DNA from: Minisyncoccota bacterium
GTDB lineage: Bacteria > Patescibacteriota > Minisyncoccia > Phycocordibacterales > XYD1-FULL-46-19
Assembly: GCA_041665625.1 (NCBI GenBank)
Contig: JBAYIK010000001.1
Span: 2,091-66,090 of the forward strand
Length of the DNA stretch: 64,000 nucleotides
Direction of reading: 5' to 3'
Shown here one piece after another: positions 28,201-33,125 of this stretch. The notes beneath the pieces are model-generated. The model was not told the DNA's origin, ran no database searches, and was given only the letters and a program-made list of their open reading frames with translations. The translations under genes and the position numbers were made by a program. Each line of letters opens with the position of its first letter. The stretch's first letter is position 1.

Positions 28201-29111
28201 CGGTCTATTCTAATAACGGGGTACTCACCAATGTTAATCCCTCATCTCGCACTTACAAGAATAATATCGTTGATACTAATCTCAATATTGATGCTTTATT
28301 AGGATTACAGATTAAATCTTTTAATTGGAATAAGTCTGGGCAAGCCGATTTTGGCCTCATCGCTGAAGAAGTTAAATCTGCTGTCCCTGAGCTTTATCTT
28401 GAGAGCAATGGGGTTAAGGGTTACCGGGCAGATCATTTACCTTTCTATTTATTGCAGATTGCCCAGAGGCAAGAAGCGGATCTTAATGAATTAAGGAGTA
28501 AGCTTGATTCTTTAACGGGCTCTAGTGTGCCGATTAGCTTAACTGAAGAAGGTCTTATTGATCCAGCGTTGTTTACTGTTTCTACTTCAAGCTTAAATAT
28601 TTCTACGACAACGGAAGAGCTTTCTACTTCTACTGCTTTCTCAATTCTCTCAGATCGTTTGCTTTCTGGATTGACGACAGTTAAGGATCTTGTCTCTGAA
28701 CGAATGGTCGCGATGGTTGGCCTCTTCGATTATGTTAAATCCAAACTCGTTGAGACTGATGTCCTCCGTGTTCAGAAGGGGATGGAGATTAAAGATTCTG
28801 CTACTGGCGAGATTTACTGCGTGCTAATTGTTAATGGTGAGTGGAAGAAGACAAAGGGCCAGTGTTCTGATACTTCTGCTATTCCCCCTCTTGTTCAACC
28901 CGATACTCCTGTTGCACCTCCTTTGATAATAGTAGAGACAGGGAGCAGTACCCCAAGCGTAGATACCAGCACTTCTACTTCCCTAGAGCTTATCTCTCCA
29001 CCTGAACCTGTCACCACTGTTGAACCCAATCTCGAACCTGCCCCTGTTCCTGAACCTAGCCCCGATCCTGCTGAGACCTTGAACGAGACGATACTTGCCC
29101 CTGAAGTTTAA
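22212..29111 (+). CDS. Giant (2299 aa) secreted fibre-like surface protein with tail-fibre-type G(I/V)GTxxP repeats, three internal ~75-aa repeats, and a C-terminal intramolecular-chaperone (peptidase S74 / endosialidase-chaperone-like) autoprocessing domain.
   Basis: Signal peptide ...FSSASA. Repeats 'NVGIGTENPTNALVVNG', 'LVGLGTTTPDSNLNVFG', 'NMGIGTTTPTSKLVVSG'. C-terminal 'NPSSRTYKNNIVDTNLNIDALLGLQIKSFNWNKSGQADFGLIAEEVKSAVPELY' matches the S74 'SDxRLKxNI...GfIAQEVeevxPElV' consensus. Pro-rich tail. Confidence 0.7.
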   Translation: MFFCWQNFFRNRRFLAIVFLLFFSLQFFVFSSASAATGVPQIMSYQGRLANSAGDLVGGTGAIYSFKFSLWDNATVGSGSRVWPATSPTAFTSTVRQGLFNVNIGDTDNGYPDALNYDFSQNNKIYLQIEVSSDGITYETLGPRQPITSAPFAQVAGSVYGSGISTMGGLVVNGNSTTTSLAIAGLANTYLAVNGLGQVIATTSPAFSFSELDPYYSVASSSLLHYGTTSDALTEGLVNKFYTQAKVWTDIVASSTFQTFSNYWTKTGDDLSYLTGDVSVGTSSSASTFNIQALAGASALNIASSTGASMFTVASNGNVGIGTENPTNALVVNGTASASLFLGQVRGTLWLSSAADIGFNRLSAGVATVNGTAGSSALRPLIASNFFTGTTTTSSQVGILNIATTTGDSYLFVGNTGLVGLGTTTPDSNLNVFGTTNTFLRVASSTNQNIFVIDGSGDLSATGNLAMTGAVTGSNLNVTNWNTAYGWGDWATGVWASSTLSTLFANASTAFSWGDHSLLGYLTNALFDTRLAATTSLPNLATLAGLTDIGSASATTTIGGSSRFIVGANGNVGIGTSTPSEVLSVVGNSIFGTRNNITNFASSFGITSYSAIIGSADTDKPGLVLGDFDGTKNRRSAIYLDNSYPATVFRSTYSTGGSPNWVFYNGSVGIGTTTPLAKLDIAGTLGSTADLFNVSSTTEANVVSSLFKIASDGKVTVGATLNLSALSDSYLSVNSLGQVIATSTPLLSFDETDPYYTAASSTLLRYGNSSDVLTEGVINKFYTQAKVWDDIVASTTFQAFANYWTKVGNDLNYLTGNVAVGTTTFDGTNPEKFLVDAGNTSSVNGLVVRGSIDNYFQMNIKNSSGGTNASTDIVATGDTGNEGTGFIDMGINSSGYTGGIVGLANDTYLYGSSTGNMLIGNASAGKNLIFFTNGANGYTNEKMRISSSGFVGIGNWSPTQALEVGSTTAGLNGIFNATLGAELTPTFDAGNWTGTNGWSATGSTLEKVTNATAGTITPSGAGATPAIGTTYQITITTSAKGAAAVTYTYGGVTGTTIVVGTFTDYITAVTAGKLIITGAISSTATITGVSIKALTNNTGDLTVFGDIKLGSRITNPNGTLGLEISPTGAAVFGSTVNAAGRITGAGLAAGGTVTGVTSLAHSLAITGTVPTLYVSTDGYILTAAASTGVTSTLVPLSISPRIRQVGQAWDIDSAANVLNNYWSEVIAYPGTTTVNSKLSWFYSQGAMAAAAEYQAPEIMNYYNGSLNVLGSTYGDEVLTNGALATPGAEWSVSATGFTLNGSAAVYVHHASGGTLTQPSTSFDPPVKANRWYRFTWTSSALNTTARAYIDPTGISAERVYLRGTVVTAGTYTVTFKTNSNPGNFIITADSNSSGDGFTLDDLSLVEVNSGNVVANGLFTGGGTEGLKIDNNGLVGIGTSTPDSELNIFGNNTTFLRVASSTNQNIFVIDSSGNVSLSGNLTLGNLNGPLQAINGLVSATSSIGSGYLSGNVMLEGENISLLNNDANYLAYGTSSDALTEGLVNEFYTQAKVWTDIIASSTFQTFANYWTKTGDDLGYLVGNVGIGTTTNMSNKLTIDGGDGSISGLEIRNLGTATKGIDLSNSGLSGATDYPIYIGASQYWTASNVLRASVGSFSSDHSALDYRPFGTNSDLVYWLKNDANKFSFENTAGLEVASISSAGVASTTGLQVNGNSFLTGTLSIGTTSVDSTFSLQALAGVSALNIASSTGASMLYVSNSGYVGIGNNDPSYPLTVTGDIVALGTNNITLSTVSGSIYAAGGLVNNVTANNSRVRSPTTGAIIDRNVADSNPALTVNQAWNGAASTGDLLRLQYDSVNKIVVDYSGNMGIGTTTPTSKLVVSGASTSPLAYFADDNNNSLQITSQTLGLALEGHTTALGPDISFVGVKDSFAIINSPSASVYEALGATNTIGMSFSNSALNVSADITFEDVLGQLKLRSDYIELDSANGVTVTDLNVNGAVYSNNGVLTNVNPSSRTYKNNIVDTNLNIDALLGLQIKSFNWNKSGQADFGLIAEEVKSAVPELYLESNGVKGYRADHLPFYLLQIAQRQEADLNELRSKLDSLTGSSVPISLTEEGLIDPALFTVSTSSLNISTTTEELSTSTAFSILSDRLLSGLTTVKDLVSERMVAMVGLFDYVKSKLVETDVLRVQKGMEIKDSATGEIYCVLIVNGEWKKTKGQCSDTSAIPPLVQPDTPVAPPLIIVETGSSTPSVDTSTSTSLELISPPEPVTTVEPNLEPAPVPEPSPDPAETLNETILAPEV

Positions 29112-29126
29112 AACATAAAAAACAAA

Positions 29127-29161
29127 CCACCGCTAGGTATTACCTAGCGGTGATTTGTTTT
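29127..29161 (+). terminator. Rho-independent terminator, possibly bidirectional with the tRNA-Trp gene.
   Basis: Stem CACCGCTAGGTA-tt-TACCTAGCGGTG followed by ATTTGTTTT. Confidence 0.8.
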
Positions 29162-29234
29162 GGCGGGCCCACGAGGACTCGAACCTCGATCGATGGTTTT
29201 GGAGACCATTGTTCTACCATTGAACTATAGGCCC
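29161..29234 (-). tRNA. tRNA-Trp (anticodon CCA), with encoded CCA end.
   Basis: Reverse complement GGGCCTATAGTTCAATGGTAGAACAATGGTCTCCAAAACCATCGATCGAGGTTCGAGTCCTCGTGGGCCCGCCA folds as a cloverleaf with anticodon loop CTCCAAA. Confidence 0.85.
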
Positions 29235-29343
29235 AGACAAAGAACATTCTAGCATATTTTAGATATTAATCCACGTTAAAAACTCCCTCTTTTAAAGCCT
29301 GTCAAGTTGCTTATTTCTTTTCTTCATCTATAATGAGTTTAAT

Positions 29344-29463
29344 ATGATAGAACAACCCAGAGAAAATAAAGGCGAATTTGTCCCTCAAGATTTTGTTGAT
29401 GGGGTAGTGAAGGCCTATAATGAAACGTTAGAATCATTGGCAGCTAATGCTGATGGCTCTTAG
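29344..29463 (+). CDS. Small ORF (39 aa) immediately upstream of the paralogous small gene; possible co-transcribed partner.
   Basis: ATG 6 nt after a TATAAT-type promoter. Stop 5 nt before the next ATG. Confidence 0.3.
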   Translation: MIEQPRENKGEFVPQDFVDGVVKAYNETLESLAANADGS

Positions 29464-29468
29464 TTATT

Positions 29469-29657
29469 ATGTCAGACGAATTAAAAGTTAAAGCTCAAAG
29501 ATTAGGTCAATTACTAGCCAACTCTACCACTCTCGATCTAGACCAGAAGATGAGAATTCTTGGTCTACTTAAAGGCATGACAGAGGGGCAAATTGATAGC
29601 CTAATTATTTATCTAGACGAGGGTATTGGCGATTTGGAGTTAATTCTTGCCATTTAA
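29469..29657 (+). CDS. Small conserved hypothetical protein; paralog of 15665..16003.
   Basis: See 15665. Its 3' end overlaps miaA convergently by about 53 nt. Confidence 0.55.
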   Translation: MSDELKVKAQRLGQLLANSTTLDLDQKMRILGLLKGMTEGQIDSLIIYLDEGIGDLELILAI

Positions 29658-30549
29658 TCCTTTTATCTTTTTTAAACCAAGTAATTTGGCGTTTGCTGTA
29701 TTTTACTATTTCTGAATAAAGTTTCTCTATCATTTCTTTTTTTGCTAGTTTCTTCTGTAAAAAAAGAGCAATATAACGATACTCTAAACCTAATTGCTCG
29801 AGACGTTTCCATGACACACCACTTTGGTGTATTTTTTTTACTTCGGCCACCATTCCACTTTTAACTCTCTCAATCAAGCGTTTGTAAATTTTTTTATTGA
29901 GCTCTTCTTGTTCGGTTTTGACACCAATAATTTCAAAGTCATAACCGGCATTATGAAGTCGTACTTCAAGTGAGTCCGAAGTCCGACTTCGTAATGCCGG
30001 GACTTTCCCTAGTTTCTTAGCAATCTCAATTGCCCGAATCAATCGCACCGGATTTTGGCCATCAATTGTCTTAGCTCGAGCGGGGTCTAATTTTTTTAGC
30101 ATAGTAAAAAGCTCGGCCGGAGTTTTCTTCGACAATTGCTCTCTTAATTTTTTATCTGGCTCAACTTCGGGCAGAATAAGATCATCAACCACCGCCTGAA
30201 TATAGAAGCCTGTGCCACCGACAATAATCGGGGTCTTGCCACGGGCAATAATTTCTGTGATTTTTTGATCAGCGAGTTTCTTGAAATCAGAGACAGTAAA
30301 GATTTTTTTGGGACTTACCACGTCAAGCAAATGGTGGGGGATACCAGTCATCTCTTTTTTTGTAACCTTACCACTACCAATATTAAGCCCCTTATAGACT
30401 TGCCTCGAATCAGCACTAATGGTCTCTCCGCCCACCTTCTTGGCGAGTTTTATACTGAAACCGGTCTTCCCACTAGCCGTTGGCCCTACAATCACATAGA
30501 TTTTGGGCTTAAGGTCGGAGTTTTTTACTGGATTGATTTTCTCTCTCAT
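29605..30549 (-). CDS. miaA: tRNA dimethylallyltransferase.
   Basis: P-loop 'VIVGPTASGKTGFSIKLAKK', 'ISADSRQVYKGLNIGSGK' and 'GIPHHLLDV'. Contains the in-frame palindromic element at 29945-30000. Confidence 0.9.
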   Translation of the reverse strand: MREKINPVKNSDLKPKIYVIVGPTASGKTGFSIKLAKKVGGETISADSRQVYKGLNIGSGKVTKKEMTGIPHHLLDVVSPKKIFTVSDFKKLADQKITEIIARGKTPIIVGGTGFYIQAVVDDLILPEVEPDKKLREQLSKKTPAELFTMLKKLDPARAKTIDGQNPVRLIRAIEIAKKLGKVPALRSRTSDSLEVRLHNAGYDFEIIGVKTEQEELNKKIYKRLIERVKSGMVAEVKKIHQSGVSWKRLEQLGLEYRYIALFLQKKLAKKEMIEKLYSEIVKYSKRQITWFKKDKRIKWQELTPNRQYPRLDK

Positions 30550-30585
30550 ATCGTTTAAAATAAACCTAGTTCACTAAATAAGCAA

Positions 30586-30667
30586 GCCGAAGTGGCGGAA
30601 TTGGTAGACGCGCACGACTCAAAATCGTGTATCGCAAGATGTGAGAGTTCGATTCTCTCCTTCGGCA
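30586..30667 (+). tRNA. tRNA-Leu (anticodon CAA) with a long variable arm.
   Basis: GCCGAAGTGGCGGAATTGGTAGACGCGCACGACTCAAAATCGTG...GAGAGTTCGATTCTCTCCTTCGGCA. Anticodon loop CTCAAAA. Confidence 0.85.
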
Positions 30668-30672
30668 CCTAT

Positions 30673-31650
30673 ATGTCAAATAACTACGAAGATAAAATTT
30701 TCTTAATTGAAGTTGAGAAGATCAAGCCGAATCCTTATCAACCAAGGCGTGAATTTAACGAGGAACGTTTGCGGGATTTGGCTGACTCGATTAAGCAATA
30801 TGGGGTTCTCCAGCCTCTCGTTGTCACCAGGAAGGAGGTTGGCCGTGACGATGGTAGTTTCTTTACTGAATATGAAATTATCGCTGGCGAGCGACGTTGG
30901 CGTGCTTCGAAGCTGGCGGGCTTACCTCAAGTCCCGGCTATCATCCGCACGGGGGAGCAGAGTGATAAGGAGAAACTAGAACTCGCGATTATTGAGAATC
31001 TCCAACGTGAGGATCTTAATTCGGTTGATCGAGCTCAAGCCTTTTTCCGTTTGGTGAGCGACTTCGGCCTTTCTCATGGCGAAGTCGGCAAACGTGTCGG
31101 CCGTAGTCGTGAATATGTCTCTAACACTATCCGCATTCTTAATTTGCCTCAAGAAATTCTTGACGCTTTAGTGGCGGGCCAGATTGCCGAGGGTCACACC
31201 AAGCCGCTCTTGATGCTCTCTGATCATCCCGAGGAGCAAATCACGATCTTTAAGGAGGTAATGATTAAGCGCTTAACCGTGCGTGACACGGAGGCTATCG
31301 CTCGGCGCATTGCTTATGACCGGGTGCGCAAGAAGGAACATTTTGTTATGCCAGAGATTATTGAGCTAGAGGATAAATTGTCTGAGAAGTATGGCAATCG
31401 TGTTAAGGTTGAGGCCAAAGGCGAGACGGGCGGGCGCATCTTAATTGATTTTACTTCACCCGAAGAATTGCGACGCATTCTCTCGATGCTTGAACACAAT
31501 GGTCCTGCCAGTGTTATTGATATTCCTCTCTCTGGTCTGGCTCCCGAAGAAGTTGGTCAAGAAATCAATATTGCTGAGACTAAGCCAGGACAAGCAGCTG
31601 AACTTGAAGAGCCTGAAGATCTCTACTTCATTAAGAATTTTTCTCTTTAG
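30673..31650 (+). CDS. parB: Chromosome partitioning protein ParB/Spo0J.
   Basis: 'PNPYQPRREFNEERLRDLADSIKQYGVLQPLVV', 'IIAGERRWRASKLAGL' and an HTH. The listed ORF start at 30592 overlaps tRNA-Leu, so the start is taken at MSNNYEDK. Confidence 0.9.
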   Translation: MSNNYEDKIFLIEVEKIKPNPYQPRREFNEERLRDLADSIKQYGVLQPLVVTRKEVGRDDGSFFTEYEIIAGERRWRASKLAGLPQVPAIIRTGEQSDKEKLELAIIENLQREDLNSVDRAQAFFRLVSDFGLSHGEVGKRVGRSREYVSNTIRILNLPQEILDALVAGQIAEGHTKPLLMLSDHPEEQITIFKEVMIKRLTVRDTEAIARRIAYDRVRKKEHFVMPEIIELEDKLSEKYGNRVKVEAKGETGGRILIDFTSPEELRRILSMLEHNGPASVIDIPLSGLAPEEVGQEINIAETKPGQAAELEEPEDLYFIKNFSL

Positions 31651-33098
31651 ATTTTGTGCGTTAAAAGATAGTTGCGGATATGCCTTTTTGCATCGTTGGT
31701 TTTGACGAAGTCGAGCCATTTTTTGGTTGGCTTATTATTTTTACCCGTAATTATTTCTATGACATTACCGTTCTTAAGTTTGGCATCAAGGGTAGACATC
31801 TTCTTATTAATTTTGACACCTGAAGCGTGATGACCAATATCGGAGTGGATAGAATAAGCGAAGTCGATAGGGGTGGCATCTTTAGGAAGTTCCACCACCT
31901 CACCCTTCGGAGTGAAGACGAAGATACGCTCGTGGACTAAGCGATCTTTAATAAAAGAAAGGAATTCGGTGTCATCCTTAAGATGTTTTTGCCATTCGAT
32001 AAGTTCTTCAACCCAGGCCATATCCTTGGTTATTTTGTCACCCGTTGTTCCATTTTTTTTATTTTTTTTGCCCTGCTCATCATAGGCCACGTGCGAAGCG
32101 ATACCGTATTCGGCCTCGTTTTGCATTTGCTCGGTTCTTATTTGAATTTCTAAAGCATTGCCATCTCCAGTAAAAATAGAGGTATGGATACTTTGATAAC
32201 CGTTTGGCTTAGGATTGGCGATATAGTCCTTGAGTCGGCCAGGGATGGGGCGCCAGAGATTATGAATGATCCCGAGAGTTTGGTAGCACTCGTCGACAGT
32301 TTTTACAATGACGCGAAGAGCGGAGATATCATAAATTTCGTCCATATCCATGTTCTTGCGTAGAAGTTTGGTGTAGAGACTATAGAGATACTTAATACGA
32401 TAGTCGATAATAAAATCTTTTAGTCCGCGAGCAGAGAGTTCTTTTTGGAGAGTGCGGTAAATTTTTTCTAAACGTTTGATTGTTTCTTTACCTTTAGTTT
32501 TTCTTAGGGCCACAACTTTTTGGTAATCTTCAGGAAAAGCGTAAGGGAAACTAGCGTCCTCAAGCATACCCTTAAGACGCCAAACGCCGAGGCGGTTGGC
32601 GAGCGGGGCATAAATCTCAAGAGTCTCCAGAGCAATTCTTTTTTGTTTTTCCGGAGCTAGGTGATTAAGTGTTCTCACATTATGGAGACGGTCGGCGAGG
32701 CGAATCATAATAATGCGGATGTCTTCAGCCATAGCAACGAAGAGCTTACGCAAACTCTCTGCATGACGATTGGTCCCGCGATATTTTAGAGTCCCTAATT
32801 TAGTGACTCCCTCCACCATGAAGGCAATTTGTTTACTAAATTCGCGTTCAATATCTTCTAGAGTTACTTCAGTGTCTTCAACTGTGTCATGAAGAAGCCC
32901 TGCCGCAATAGTTTCGGCATCAGCTTTGAACTCGGCCAGTATTAGAGCCGTATTAAAGGGGTGGATGATATAGGGCTCGCCTGATGCCCTCAATTGCCCC
33001 GTGTGAGCCTTATCGGCAAAGGCAAACGCCTTCAAAACCAGCGCCTTATCTTCGTCACTAGGGTCTCTCATTAAGGCAATAATCTCTTTGGGATTCAT
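31647..33098 (-). CDS. relA: RelA/SpoT-homolog (p)ppGpp synthetase/hydrolase, short form.
   Basis: HD domain 'HTGQLRASGEPYIIHPFNTALILAEFKADAETIAAGLLHDTVEDT'. Synthetase region 'ISALRVIVKTVDECYQTLGIIHNLWRPIPGRLKDYIANPKPNGYQSIHT'. Confidence 0.85.
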   Translation of the reverse strand: MNPKEIIALMRDPSDEDKALVLKAFAFADKAHTGQLRASGEPYIIHPFNTALILAEFKADAETIAAGLLHDTVEDTEVTLEDIEREFSKQIAFMVEGVTKLGTLKYRGTNRHAESLRKLFVAMAEDIRIIMIRLADRLHNVRTLNHLAPEKQKRIALETLEIYAPLANRLGVWRLKGMLEDASFPYAFPEDYQKVVALRKTKGKETIKRLEKIYRTLQKELSARGLKDFIIDYRIKYLYSLYTKLLRKNMDMDEIYDISALRVIVKTVDECYQTLGIIHNLWRPIPGRLKDYIANPKPNGYQSIHTSIFTGDGNALEIQIRTEQMQNEAEYGIASHVAYDEQGKKNKKNGTTGDKITKDMAWVEELIEWQKHLKDDTEFLSFIKDRLVHERIFVFTPKGEVVELPKDATPIDFAYSIHSDIGHHASGVKINKKMSTLDAKLKNGNVIEIITGKNNKPTKKWLDFVKTNDAKRHIRNYLLTHKI

Positions 33099-33125
33099 TG
33101 CCTCTAAAATAGCATAAAAGGGGAT

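Noticed and set aside
22212-29111. Prophage interpretation of the fibre gene and neighbours.
   Set aside because: There is no integrase, terminase, portal, capsid or tail-tube gene anywhere in the window. The fibre-like protein has a signal peptide and sits with cohesin/dockerin membrane proteins, so a cellular surface structure is more likely.
30592-30672. N-terminal extension of the parB ORF (MAELVDAHDSKSCIARCESSILSFGTY...).
   Set aside because: It is a translation of the tRNA-Leu gene. The real start is the MSNNYEDK Met at 30673.
31060-31100. Possible third copy of the palindromic element in parB (CGACTTCG-gcctttctcatgg-CGAAGTCG).
   Set aside because: It is only an 8-bp stem. The encoded 'DFGLSHGEVGKRVG' is the conserved ParB HTH region (compare E-x-GLTQEEVA-x-RVG), so the palindrome is probably a coincidence of D-F-G / G-E-V codons rather than an inserted element.
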